DNA of 64,000 nt from Piromyces finnis finn. Its lineage: Eukaryota; Fungi; Neocallimastigomycota. This document shows, one piece after another, positions 1 through 12,870 of the stretch (its first letter is position 1; every line of letters starts with the position of its first letter). Below the pieces are notes generated by a model. It was given only the letters and a program-made list of their open reading frames with translations. It ran no database searches and was not told where the DNA came from. The DNA is taken from positions 182,454 through 246,453 of the forward strand of contig MCFH01000069.1 in NCBI GenBank assembly GCA_002104945.1, in the 5' to 3' direction. Both the position numbers and the translations under genes were made by a program.

Positions 1-504
1 TTTATATTCAGTTTAATATTCACATTTCTGCAATGTTATTATTATCATCATTATTAGTATTATCTATTTTTATATAGAATATTTAAAGAATAGAATAAAT
101 ATTTTAAAATACTTGATAGATTTCATTTTAATTGAATTAAACCATTGATAATAATAATAATAATGATAATTGTAAAAACAAAAAAATTTTATAATAAATA
201 TAAATTCTATTTAGATCAAAAATTTTTTTTAAATAAATTAATATCATTACATTTTATAATATTTAAACTTTGATATGGAAAAAAAAAAAAAGTATACTTT
301 TTTCTAATGGTCTAGACTGTAAAAGAATTTTACCTCAATAATGAACACAAACCAAAAATTAATAAGAAACAATACTTTTATTATATATTTAAATAATAAA
401 CTTTATTTTTTATTTGATTTTTCTAGAAACTATAAAAAAATAAAAAAATTCTTATTTTATTTAAAAAAAAAAATAAAAAACTATATATATATATATATAT
501 AAAT

Positions 505-2247
505 ATGAAATACCTTAATTTAATTTTCTCCATTTCATCAATTCTATCCATTTCATCTATATCGGCTGCCCCAACGTTTACAAGTAGATGTGGTGATGGA
601 TATGGTGAATGTGATCCTGGCTTTTGTTGTAGTGAATTTGGATGGTGTGGTAAATCCGATGACTATTGCTTAATCTCTAATAACTGTCAACCAAAATTTG
701 GTAAATGTACTGGTGGTATCTCTACAGATGATCGATGTGGTCCACAAAATGGTTATACTATATGTCCATCTGGGGAATGCTGTAGTCAGTATGGATGGTG
801 TGGAACCGAAGGTATTCATTGCGGTACCGGATGTCAATCGGAATTTGGTCAGTGTAATAATTTTTTACAACCAACTTTAACTTTTAATACCATCCCTCCA
901 TCAACAACAACTAATATTTCTTCTCAAACTACTAAATCCAATACATCTCTTCAACCTACCTCAATCAAGAGTAAATGTGGTGTAGGATATGGGGAATGTG
1001 ATCCTGGCTTTTGTTGTAGTGTGTTTGGTTGGTGTGGTCAATCTGATGATCACTGTTTAATTTCAAATGGTTGTCAATCTGAGTTTGGTAAGTGTATTGG
1101 TGGTATCTCTACAAATAATCGTTGTGGTCCACAAAATGGTTATACTGTATGTCCATCTGGGGAATGTTGTAGTCAGTATGGATGGTGTGGAACCGAAAGT
1201 ATTCATTGCGGTGCTGGTTGTCAATCCGAATTTGGTCAATGTAATAATTCTTTAATAACTAGTACCGTCCCTAAAACCACCACCACCACCACAAATAACA
1301 TTTTTAAAACTACAACCACTACTACTACAAAAAAGACTACTACAACCAAGGCTACAACAACTAAAGCTACAACCACTAGAACGACTACAACTAAAACTAG
1401 TACATCTCCTACAACAAAAAGTAGATGTGGTAAAGGATATGGTGAATGTAGTCCAGGCTATTGTTGTAGTGAATATGGATGGTGTGGAAAAGAAGACAGC
1501 CATTGCCAACTTTCAAAAGGATGTCAATCTGAATTTGGTACATGTACTGGACTTTCTACGAATGGTAAATGCGGACCTCAGAATGGATACACTGTATGCC
1601 CATCCGGTAAATGCTGTAGTCAGTATGGATGGTGTGGAACCGAAAATACTCATTGCGGTATTGGATGCCAATCAGAATTTGGAAAATGTTCTACTCTTAA
1701 GGAATGTTCCCCAAAAAATAGTTACGGAACTATTGACAAAGAAGCATTACCAAATGCACCATACATTTGGAGCTTCCTTTTAAGTAAAATTGAAAATGCT
1801 TATGGAGCTGCCGGTATGATTGGAAATCTTTATGCCGAATCTCGTTTAAGATCAAATGATCTTGAAGGCATTTACGAAAAAAGTCTTGGAAAAACTGATG
1901 AACAATATACCAAGGAAGTTGATAATGGAACATACAAAAAATTTACAACTGATTCAGCTGGATATGGTTTAGTACAATGGACTTCAAGTAAACGTAAACA
2001 GGGTCTTCTTGAATATGCTAAAGAGCAAAAAAAGAGTATTGGTGATCTTCAAATGCAACTTGACTACTTCTGGATAGAACTTAATAATAATTATAAAGAC
2101 GTTCTTAGTGCTTTAAAAAGTGCTAAATCAGTTAAGGAAGCTTCTAATAAAGTCGTCTTAGAGTATGAAATCCCTAAAGACCGAAGTAACAGTGTATTAG
2201 AGAAGAGAGCCAAATTTGGAGAAATGTTAAAATTAGCATGTAATTAA
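505..2247 (+). CDS. Secreted protein with six CBM18 (hevein-like chitin-binding) modules, Thr-rich linkers and a C-terminal phage-tail-lysozyme-like domain
   Basis: N-terminal signal peptide. Six modules with the RCG..CCS.(Y/F)GWCG..C..GCQS.FG.C pattern, arranged as three A-B pairs. C-terminal AAGMIGNLYAES...GYGLVQWT...R...LL.YA......DLQMQLDY matches the phage tail lysozyme (Phage_lysozyme2-type) pattern. No introns. Confidence 0.9.
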   Translation: MKYLNLIFSISSILSISSISAAPTFTSRCGDGYGECDPGFCCSEFGWCGKSDDYCLISNNCQPKFGKCTGGISTDDRCGPQNGYTICPSGECCSQYGWCGTEGIHCGTGCQSEFGQCNNFLQPTLTFNTIPPSTTTNISSQTTKSNTSLQPTSIKSKCGVGYGECDPGFCCSVFGWCGQSDDHCLISNGCQSEFGKCIGGISTNNRCGPQNGYTVCPSGECCSQYGWCGTESIHCGAGCQSEFGQCNNSLITSTVPKTTTTTTNNIFKTTTTTTTKKTTTTKATTTKATTTRTTTTKTSTSPTTKSRCGKGYGECSPGYCCSEYGWCGKEDSHCQLSKGCQSEFGTCTGLSTNGKCGPQNGYTVCPSGKCCSQYGWCGTENTHCGIGCQSEFGKCSTLKECSPKNSYGTIDKEALPNAPYIWSFLLSKIENAYGAAGMIGNLYAESRLRSNDLEGIYEKSLGKTDEQYTKEVDNGTYKKFTTDSAGYGLVQWTSSKRKQGLLEYAKEQKKSIGDLQMQLDYFWIELNNNYKDVLSALKSAKSVKEASNKVVLEYEIPKDRSNSVLEKRAKFGEMLKLACN

Positions 2248-3742
2248 ATCTAAGGAAAACTATGTAAATAATATACATATATCTAAAAAGATTCTACTAA
2301 ATTTATTAATATTTTAATAATTTAGTTATAATATAAATAATCAAATATATATATAAAAACAACACAGTAGTATAATAAATAATTAATTATTGATAATAAT
2401 ATAAAATTTATTATTTTTATATTAATATTAATAACTATATACTTAATAAAAAAAAATAATAAATGTAAAATAATAATATAAAAAAAAAATAAAATAAAAA
2501 ATAAATAAAAGTAAAGAATGAAAAATAAAAAAAAAAATTAAAATTCTTTTGTAAAGATTATATACCTTTTTTTAAGTTTTTATTTATAATTTTTCATTTA
2601 TATCTTTATTCTTACTAAAGGACAAAATATTAAAATGACCGTAATGTTTTATATATATTCATTAGTATTTAATAAATAGTATTTAAATTAATATTCCTTT
2701 TTAGAAATTATATTTAATATAAATTTTAAATAAAATCACAAAAATCTTTATTTTTAATAATAAAGGAAAGTAATTTATATAAAAATATTTGATAATTATT
2801 ATATACATTTATAAAAAATAAAAATAATTCGATTTCTCTTTTCAAAGATTATTAGAAAAGAAATTGAAGGAAGATATTTATTAAAAATAATGATTTGTAA
2901 ATAGAACAATTTGTGTAGAAATTAGAATTTACTTTATGGAATTTTTACAAAATTTCAAATAAATGTAAACAGAAATTCATTATTATTTATAATTTTGTCT
3001 CAATACATGTTCTTTACAAACTATTTTCCGGTTTTCAATTATAAAACATAATAGATTTATCAATGTTTTATTAAAATATGAAACTATAAGTATTTCTTTA
3101 TTTTCTTCATTTTAAAAAAAAAAAAAAAAAAAAAGATTAAATATTCTATTTGTTTCTATTATTTCTTTTAATATAGTATAGAACTATATCGTTTTAATAT
3201 AATATATCTTTCTTTATATTATTTTCTCTAGATAATAATAATATAAAATATATAAAAAATAACAATATAAAAATGAAATTAAATGTGATTTTTCAAGTGT
3301 TAACATTCAAATTTTTAATAATTTATTATCTAAACTTTATATTTACTGGAAAATTGATCCTGTTTAATTTAATTTTTCATTAAAGTACATTTCATAATAT
3401 TGGCCTTGATCTTTTTACACATTTCTAACTAGCACAATTGCAATAATAGCTGAAAAAAATAGCATTTTATGTGTCTATAATTTCGAATTTATTATTAGTT
3501 GAATTAATATTTATAGTTATCTTGAATAATTTATTTTTATTATAAATGAAAACATAAAAATAATCATTTTATATTTATATAATATTTTAAGTATTATATT
3601 ATATTAATATATAATGTTGATATATTATAATACTTAATATCAGTTTATATATAAGTAATTAAATTAATAATGAAATTAACATTTCATTATAGTTTAAATT
3701 GTTAATAAAATTTATTTTTAAAAAATACTCACTAAATTTCTT

Positions 3743-4471
3743 TTACATATTAAATTTATTGAATATATTTAATAGATTTAATTTAAATATTATTAAATTC
3801 TTTATAAGATTTAGCATCTTTATATAAGAACAACAACAATAAAAAATTCCAAGAATTGCAATAGAACTCAAAAATCCCAACCAGTACAAAAAACGTATAG
3901 CAGAATCTAATTCATTATTTTCATCTTCATTCATAGGTATGTAGCACTCTCCATTACATTCACCTTCTGAATAATCATCCCTATTTACACAAGGATCTCC
4001 AATAAATTTTCCCTTACGACCATATCGAAGACGTGTGATAATATTATTTTCATTGAATTTACAAGTATGGTTTACACATTTATTTGTAAAACATTGAGCA
4101 TCTTTATTACATTCAGTTGAAGTATTATTGCTTATAGTAGGAGTATGATACATAACATATGGATGCAAAATATACCTGTTGAATTGGGTTTCCGAACGAT
4201 TACATATTTTGCAATCTGTATTGTTGTCGTTTAATCGTAAAGTATTGGTATTAATTGGAATTTCAATAAATGGTAAATTAAAATATCTGTCAGCTTTAAA
4301 ATAATATGAACCTTTACATATGGTTGTATCACAAAATACGCATTCAATAGAATTAGTAGTCACATTTAAATGATAAATATATTCATAAGGAATATTATCT
4401 GATTCAATAGTTATAATATGGGTATATCCATTTTGAAAAAACAAAATACAAAATATATATGTAAACACCAC
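3743..4471 (-). CDS. Cys-rich single-pass membrane protein of an expanded host family
   Basis: 242-aa ORF with a hydrophobic N-terminus, the CNKDAQCFTNKCVNHTC motif, further Cys clusters and a C-terminal TM segment (FLYWLGFLSSIAILGIFYCCC). Start codon uncertain (GTG). Confidence 0.65.
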   Translation of the reverse strand: MVFTYIFCILFFQNGYTHIITIESDNIPYEYIYHLNVTTNSIECVFCDTTICKGSYYFKADRYFNLPFIEIPINTNTLRLNDNNTDCKICNRSETQFNRYILHPYVMYHTPTISNNTSTECNKDAQCFTNKCVNHTCKFNENNIITRLRYGRKGKFIGDPCVNRDDYSEGECNGECYIPMNEDENNELDSAIRFLYWLGFLSSIAILGIFYCCCSYIKMLNLIKNLIIFKLNLLNIFNKFNM

Positions 4472-5918
4472 GAAAATAATGTTTTTCAGTATTTTTATTT
4501 TATAAAAATTATATAAAATAAATTTTTAGGATAAATATAGCAATATTATGTATAAAATTTAGTTTGATTTTTAATAATGTATTTATAAATTAAATATTTT
4601 TTAACAGTCCCCGAATATATTTCATAAATATTCTTTTATAATTCCACTTTTTGAATTATTCTTGATTAAATTATGATAAAAAAGAAATTAACTTTTTAAA
4701 TTTTTTTAAAACATTTACAACCAATCATATTCTAATATAATGTTACACTGATATTTATTACTTTAATAAATAGAATATTCTATAAATCAAAATTAAATAA
4801 TCCATTAATTATTTAATTATTTTAATATTAATAATAGTATTGTTTCATGTTTATTTTATAATATTTAAAGTTTATTAATATATTAAAATTATTAATATAG
4901 GATAGCTATGAAAAATTTAAAATGTATGAAAATTTTTCTTTCTTATATACTATTAATGGCTCATTTCTAGACCACTAAATATTTAATACAAATACATAAA
5001 TTGATAAGTAGGTTTGTAGAACAATGTAATAAATTAATATTATAAATTTAATACACCTTTTCTTTATAACTTAATAATAAACAATTAAAATAAAATATTT
5101 AAAATGATATTTTAATATTTTTAAATTTTTATAAAATAATTATTATTATATAATAACTAAATAATAATTATTCTATTCATTCTATTCGTATTAATGAAAT
5201 AATTATTTATATATTTATAAAATATGTAATATTTTATTTTATTGAAAGATTTAATTTTATATTTAAATAACCTTAATATTTTCTTTTATAGATTTATATA
5301 TTATCATAATAGATAATTCATTAAAAATAATATGTACATATAATTACATCATGCTAAATACAATAACAACATTAAATAGAAACTATGATATATATTTAAT
5401 TAAACTAAACTTTTATTTTTTAATATTTTATTTTATAATTCAAATGAATGTAAATACATTTAAACATCATTTATTTATTATATAAATAAACTATGTTTAA
5501 TATAGATGTAAATATTATATTATATATTTTATAATAATTTGTAATTACCAAGTTGAACTATTACACTATTAAATAAAAACTTTTAATTTATAAAAAATAT
5601 TAATATTATTTTTAAATAAACTATTTATTTTTAAATCAATATTATCTTTAAATATAATACTTTTTTATATAATTTTATCAAAAAAGTGTTGTTAAAAAAT
5701 GTTAACTATATTATTTTTAACTAGTTAGTATAATATATAATATATTATAATTTAAATATTTACTTATATTTATCATATCTTTATTTATAGTTTTACATAA
5801 TAATGATAAATTAATAAATAAATATCCACAATTATAAAATGATTAGTATACATTATAATTTATATTTTAATAAAATAATTTTTTAATTTTTATTAAATAT
5901 AAAATTAATTAATAATTA

Positions 5919-5993
5919 ATGGATATTATTCAATTAATCCGTAATTTACTACAAAATGAAAAATGTTTATCAAATGAACAATTTTCCATTTAA
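5919..5993 (+). pseudogene. 5' fragment of a homologue of the viral-element ORFan that starts at 25783
   Basis: Translates MDIIQLIRNLLQNEKCLSNEQFSI*, versus MNIIKLIRSLIQNEKCLSNEHKII at 25783. 16/21 aa and 56/62 nt are identical. Confidence 0.8.
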
Positions 5994-6028
5994 TTGATTA
6001 TCAATTCGATTACTCTCTCTATCTGAAA

Positions 6029-7031
6029 TTACATAATCATCAGGAGAGTAAGACAGTGGTTGCTGTGTTGACTGTAAATTCTAGTAGTAAGAATTATACC
6101 ACAATCTGGAATTATATTAATATCATCCCCTTTAATAAAAGCATCATTACTTGTGTTTTCGGAAGATTTACCATATCCTTGAATTATATCATTTAAATCG
6201 TTTAATGATTCATTGTCATAACCATTCATAATATAATGACCATTATCATTTTTTAATTGAAACGCATGTATATTATTATTAAGACTAACAATAAAATATA
6301 AATTATCCTTAGAATCATCTTTGATTAAACTGTATGATAGATTAGAATTGTCAAATAAATCTTTGCAAGTTTGTAATTGATAACATGGTGATGCAACATC
6401 TTTAAAATAATTAACAATATAACTGTTGGAATGATTATTATCATACTGTGGTACAAAAGGAACATAATTTTTAATAACATTTTTAAATTTATTTTTATTA
6501 GAATCTATATTACTATCTTTTCTATAAAAAGATAACGTAGTCATGTCATTTTCACTGTTAATTAATCCAATGCCATCAGTATTCAATTTTCTAAATACAT
6601 CCAACTTTTCAAAATGTGATTTAACCAGTTCATTAGCATTAGCATTAGTATTAGCATTATTATTGTTATTATTATTAACATTGTTATTAGTAGTTTCAGT
6701 TTTAAAGGCATCAAATAATGAGCTCTCAATAGTTAATCCTAATCAATGAATAGATAATTTTTCAGCTTTTTTATACAACTCTTTAAATTTGATTTCGCTC
6801 ATTTTCATCAATTATATTTTTTCTTATATCTCTTAAACTTGGAATAATATCAACTATATCTTTCTCCACTTTATTACTTAGATTTTTACTAATATTAATT
6901 TTCAAATATTCAAGATTCGCATCCTTAACTATATTTCCATCATGATCTCCAGCAGATAAAATTAATAATGCCAATTGAATATCTAAATGATTGTAAGGAT
7001 AGTAATAATTACTAAAACCAAAATAAACCAT
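6029..7031 (-). pseudogene. Disrupted ~330-aa gene of unknown function with an Asn/Ala-rich insert
   Basis: ORFs 6783..7031 and 6029..6604 join through a +1 A-run frameshift near 6805 and an in-frame TGA at 6743-6745. The intervening frame reads MSEIKFKELYKKAEKLSIH*LGLTIESSLFDAFK... Confidence 0.6.
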
Positions 7032-7245
7032 TTAATTATTCTCATCTTTAACTTAAAGATTTTATATGAATAAAAATTAAATATTATAATCATTTTATAT
7101 GTATTAATTTATTTTAATTTTTTTAAAAAATAATAAATATATTTTTATTTGTTATTCTTTATTAATAATTCCAAGGCATACAAAAATTTAAAAAAGTATA
7201 TAAGAAACACCTACTTCATAACATTAAAAATTTATAGATTTATAT

Positions 7246-8448
7246 TTATTTTACTCCATAACTAATTAAATGTTTAATATTATTTTCATTATTAGCTGAA
7301 CGTGCTATACTTAATGGAGCATTACCATCATTATCCATTTTATTTATATCTGCTCCATGTTCAACAAAATAATCTATTAATAATTTACTTCCATAATAAC
7401 AGATTTCATGAAAAGGTACTCTACCCTTTTTATTTGCTTTATTTATATCTGCTCCATTCTCAATAAAATATCGATTTAAACCTAAAATAGGCAGATCACT
7501 ATCTTTACGACAACTTATTAATAATGGTGTATTACCATCATTATCAGCTATATTAACATCAGCACCACATTCAACCAACTTTTTTACCAATCTGTCACAA
7601 CTTAATTTTCCGTGTTTACAATTTACAAGTATTGCTGTTTCACCATTATTATTTCGTACATTAATTTTTGCACCATTTTCCAGTAATAATGGAATATAAA
7701 AATCTTTTGTTGTATACTTACACAATTCCATTAATGGAGTATTTCCATCATTATTAACTTTATTTATATCCAAGCCTTTTTCAATTAAAAAAGTAAATAA
7801 TTTTACATCGTTATCACCATGTCTTTTACAAAATTTATGTAATAGTGTATTGCCATACTTATCTACATCATATATTTTAGCTTTGTATTTATCAATTAAT
7901 AATTTTATAATATTAAGAGAAATATTACATTGGCATAAATATAATATAGCTGTTTCACCTTCATTATTTCGGAAATTCACGTTTGCCCCATAATCAAATA
8001 AGATTTTTACTAATTCCTCATTATTAACGAAACATGCAATATATAAGGGAGTTACAAAAAAGTAATCAAGCTTATCAATATATCTATCAGCTATATAAAA
8101 ATTAACAATAGAATTTGACTTTTTTTCTTTTTCTTTAATTAATAATAGCTTTAGTTCTTAATTCGAAAACTGTGTTTTATTTTTGTAATAAACAAGTAAA
8201 ATTATTATAAAATCATTGTCAAACCTAAATTGTTTATCAAATTCATAATCTCTGTCATACCTATAATTTTCAAATAATTCGCTCAATACATTTTTTAAAT
8301 TGTTTGCTTCTTCATACATAACTAATTTGCAAATTAAATCTTTTATATTTTCAGAATTAAAATTTCCCTCATTATATATTTTGTATTGTTTAAGTAACTT
8401 TATTACTTTTGAATCTTTTTTATTTTTATAATACTCGATATTATTCAT
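7246..8448 (-). pseudogene. Ankyrin-repeat protein (~400 aa) with one in-frame stop
   Basis: ORFs 8158..8448 and 7246..7980 are in the same frame (1203 nt in total), separated by a single TAA at 8158-8160. About 7-8 ankyrin repeats (G.TPL...C......LV..GADVN). Confidence 0.85.
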
Positions 8449-9076
8449 ATTCCGAAAAAAAAAAAAAAAAAATCAATACATAAATTTAGTAAATAAAAAA
8501 AAAAATTAATATATATTATTTATTAATATGAAATCATCTTATAAATAACTAGATTAAAAAAAAAAATAAATAAAGATTCCATTTCTTCGCATTATGTTAC
8601 TTTTTTGCAAATTGATAAATTGATACTATTTTATTTTATTTTATTTAAATAATCTATATATTATGATACATTTTATTTAATGAATATTATTCAATTAAAT
8701 TATATGAATTATTCATATTGCTTTATATATTTATAAAAAAATGTATATATTTATATTTATATTTTTATTGATGTGGCATTTTATTGTAATACTCATTTGT
8801 ATTACATTACTTTTCCTTTTATAGTAATATTTCATTTAAAATGTAAAATATGTTATATTATATCCTATTTAATTATTATTCCTATATTATATATATTATA
8901 ATGCACTATATTATATAATTGATATTCAATTATATTTAATTATATAGGAATTTTATAATATAGAGATATTGATGTTTAATAATTAAAGAAGTGTAATTAT
9001 TAGAAAGAAGAATTAATTATAATAATAAAAATATATTCACCTAATATAATATTATTAATTACTACAACATAAAAGA

Positions 9077-9608
9077 GTCGTTCCAGTTTTTATCCTGGTT
9101 GTTAAGGCGTTTCCTTAGCATACATAAGGCTTCTGGTTCGACCCCGCAGATGTCAGTGCCTGTGGATTTTCCCACTGGGTTTGCCATGGGTTGGGTTATG
9201 ATATTCAGGTAAGTATAAATGAACTTTCTAATTTACTACTATGATAATAACACTCGTCTAGCCGGCCTGAGAGGGTCTAGTGTACATGGTACATTCCAAA
9301 TTAGAACTTAATAAGTGGTGACTTAGGCTATGCCAAAAACACATAATATTCCTTAATCAATTTAAGTGTAAACATTAGGGGGCGGTTGACACGTGATCAA
9401 ATTGACTATAAGAGGCTTAGCATTGTAGTTGTGAAATATCGTACAACGACATGCATCTAATGTACATGGATTAAGTGAGCGTCGAAGCTGAAGAAACAGT
9501 ATGACAGACCAGGAGGGTCACAACCACCTAGCAATAGGAATGAGCCAACGTTTCTCTAAGAACCACCATTGGAGCTAACTCTGATCGATGGGAGAAATGC
9601 ACTCGGAA

Positions 9609-9667
<59 letters not shown>
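9077..9667 (+). mobile_element. SINE-like retroposon, copy 1 (most intact)
   Basis: tRNA-like head with GTTGTTAAGGCG (D-loop/A-box-like) and B-box GGTTCGACCCC at 9135-9145. 56-nt poly(A) at 9612-9667. 13-bp TSD ACAACATAAAAGA at 9064-9076 and 9667-9679. Two more copies in the window. Confidence 0.85.
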
Positions 9668-9668
<1 letters not shown>

Positions 9669-10079
9669 AACATAAAAGAAACATATATCAATATTTTCAT
9701 CTAGTGTGATATTTTTACATGAATGTGGATATGAATGTAGATGGATTTAATTAATGTAATTCAAAGTAATTAATATCATTGTATTATTCATAAAATAAAT
9801 TTAAATAATAGAAAATAATATAATATAATATAATATAAGAAATTGTTTTATTAATTTGAATAAAACAACAGTAATATTAGTAATATTACTAATTCTATTT
9901 TTATAAAGTATTTTATAAACTGATTTAATAAAAATATAATTAAAACATAAATTATAAAAAAAAAAATATTATTAATAATAATATTAAATTAAAATATTTA
10001 AATATCATCATAAAAAAAAAAAATAGTAGTAATAAAAAAAGTAGTATTGATATTTTTAAATAAGTAAAAAAGAAAAAAA

Positions 10080-10764
10080 ATGAAAATTTTTAATCTTTTA
10101 ATACTTATCTTAATTACAATAATAGCTTCAACTTTTGCTAACTCTTTCTTTTTTTCTAATTTGGTAAAAAGAGATAATTTTGTAGACTCTGAAACCAGTG
10201 CCATTTTTGAAGAATGTATCGAAGAAAACAATAATTCCGAATATAGTAACAACTGTATGCCTATCATTACTATTGGAAATTATAAACAAGCTTGCTCTAA
10301 TATCAAATCTGAAAAATGTCAAGCATTCTATAAATGATCCATTAAAGTACTTCCCAATTTGCAGTAAAATTCCTCAATTTGTAGAAGCAATGCAACCCCT
10401 TATAATTAGGGATTTAGTACAAGGATTAGAAAGTAAATGTTTCACTAACGAAAATAATGAGTTATGTCCATTCTCTATATATACAATCACATTAACTGGT
10501 GAAGATGAAGCTTTATCAGACACATGTAAATCAAAAAAATGTACTGAATCTTTAATTAAGTCTTTCAAAGAAATTAATATCAACCGCTTTGCTGCTTATG
10601 AAAATTTATCATTTACTACTGAAAGTTATACTTATCAAGATATAAATTCTATCAAAATTTCTTTCTTAGAATCTGATAAATGCAAATCTTCCCATGAAAC
10701 AAGTGATGCAAGTGATTTTATTACTACTAAAATTACTACTATTTTATTACCTTTATTAATTTAA
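10080..10764 (+). pseudogene. Secreted, probably GPI-anchored Cys-containing protein (~227 aa) with one frameshift
   Basis: Signal peptide in 10080..10337. Removing one A at TTCTATAAATGATCC (~10333) gives CQAFYNDPLKYFPIC and joins the 10198..10764 frame. Hydrophobic C-terminal tail. Confidence 0.7.
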
Positions 10765-11329
10765 ACCTTATTATTATTCTTATATTAAATAAAATTAAAA
10801 TTACTATCATATTCATATAAATATTAAAATATTATATATAAAAGAATTATAATAGTTAATTCAATGACTTTTTTAATAATTCTATTTATACTTTTATAAA
10901 TATAATTATTTGTTTTTATTAATATTTATAAATAAGGTGTTGTACTGAGCTTCATTAAAAATAAATAATATATTTTTATTTATTACATTGATAATAAAAT
11001 TTAAAACTATTAAAAATTTGTTTATTTTTTTTTTATAAATATATATTCTATTTTTGAATTATTTTGAAATCTATATCCAATTCATATTTTTATAAACAGA
11101 ATTAATAAAAATTTACATATATTTTTATATTACATTTGTAAATAATGTTTAAAAGTACTTTGAATAATAATTAAAAATATTTATAAAAAAGTATATAGTC
11201 CATTTTCTATTTGAAGTATTAAATTTATATTTCAAAATTTAAAATTTTTAATAGTAATAATGAAGATAATAATAATTTAAATAACACCAGTGATAATAAT
11301 ATTAAATAAGTCAATAATGTTTGAAGCAT

Positions 11330-11740
11330 TAATTTTATTAACGGCCTTATTGAAAAAGATGTTAAAAAAGTATATAAAAATTTAAATGGATATTTAAAAA
11401 AATTAACTATATATTACTTGAATCACTTATATCCCATGTACGGTGAATTCAAAATATATGAAAATGTTTATTAATGCAAATATTTTTAAAAATTAACGGT
11501 TTAAACCACAGAAGAAAATAGTGGATATGATTTCCTATTGAAAATTATTATAATAATAAAGAAAAAGAATATATTTTAATTGAAGTAAAATTTTTTAAAA
11601 AAAATACAAAATACGATGAAAAAATAAAAAATGATGAAGAAGAAAAAGAATATCATAATTATATCAAAACTTGTCTTTTAAAGGAATGCATAAAACAAAT
11701 TGAAAATAAAAATTATGAAGAAAAATATAGAGCTAATATG
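11330..11740 (+). pseudogene. Decayed C-terminal (PD-(D/E)XK nuclease) fragment of an AAA-ATPase-like gene
   Basis: Fragments FINGLIEKDVKKVYKNLNGYL..YENVY, EENSGY, KEYILIEVK and KQIENKNYEEKYRA parallel 19520-19940. Confidence 0.7.
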
Positions 11741-11799
11741 GTCGAATTTTATTCCATCACATTATCAGAAGTCAACTATATATTCTTTCATTACAATTA

Positions 11800-12314
11800 G
11801 TAAACAAACAATCCGAATCTTCTGTATATTCTGTATATTGTTCATCGTTCGTCTACATTATGTATGATTTTTAATAGTTGAAGAAAAAATATTCAATTTA
11901 TAAAGTATCACAACGTTCAATATTAGTTTCTGTATTTCGCATATATTTATTATTTACACATTTATTTAAAAAACATTGATTATCTATTTTTATAATCATT
12001 AAAAACTTGAATAATTTCATTATTATTATAATCAACATAACTAGCTATAGTTGTTCCATAATTATTTGTATAGGGAATTAAAATATATCTATTATTGTTA
12101 CCATTTTTATTTTGATTTTCAACATATATCATCTTTACAATAAATAATAATAGGTTCTAAATAACTTTCTGTATACTCATCTCTACAATAGTAATACGAT
12201 TAAATGATCCATTACGAAAAAAAAAGTGAATTAAAGTATCATTATATTCAATACTTATAATACGAGTATATCCATATTGAAAATACAATATATGTAAATA
12301 TCAATGTTTTTCAT
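11800..12314 (-). pseudogene. Decayed paralogue of the Cys-rich gene at 3743..4471
   Basis: Similar 5' end and upstream DNA. Motif DNQCFLNKCVNN...IERCD on the minus strand. Several stops. Left boundary approximate. Confidence 0.55.
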
Positions 12315-12870
12315 AATATTTTTCTTTATAAAAATTATATAAAATAAATCCTCAAATGCAAATGTTTTTTAAGTTTGATATTTAATAATTTAATATTACT
12401 TCATTGTACGCTATTAATATATTTTTAATATTTATGTTTATATAGTACATGAATTTCGTTTTTTATAATTCTACTTTTAACTTTTTTTTATTTTAAAAAA
12501 TATAATTATTATTTTTTTTAATAAAATTTTAAAATAATTTTACAGCCAATTATGTAGGAAGAATCCATTTTTTAAAATTTTATTATTAAAAGTTCATTAT
12601 TATAATTATTTTGTATAATAAGAAACGAACACTTTTTCTTTATAATTTATAATAAGCAATCACAATAATATGGTATTTTAATATTTTATATCTTTATAAA
12701 TTATTATTATTATTTTTATTCTTTTTATTAAAACAATATTCATTAGAGTAAATAAAATAAAAAGGTATAAGAATCATTTATGATAAAAAATATAAAAAAA
12801 TAGTAATATAAATAATAAAATAAATAATTTTATATAAATATAATAATAATGTATAAGGAATATATAATAT

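Noticed and set aside
698-1933. Alternative-frame and antisense ORFs over the CBM18 gene, and similar ones over PolB, RPB2, gag-pol and the AAA tail
   Set aside because: Shadows of real coding regions or of low-complexity repeats.
9077-9160. Functional tRNA gene
   Set aside because: Stems do not close into a cloverleaf, and the segment is the head of a 540-bp poly(A)-tailed repeat.
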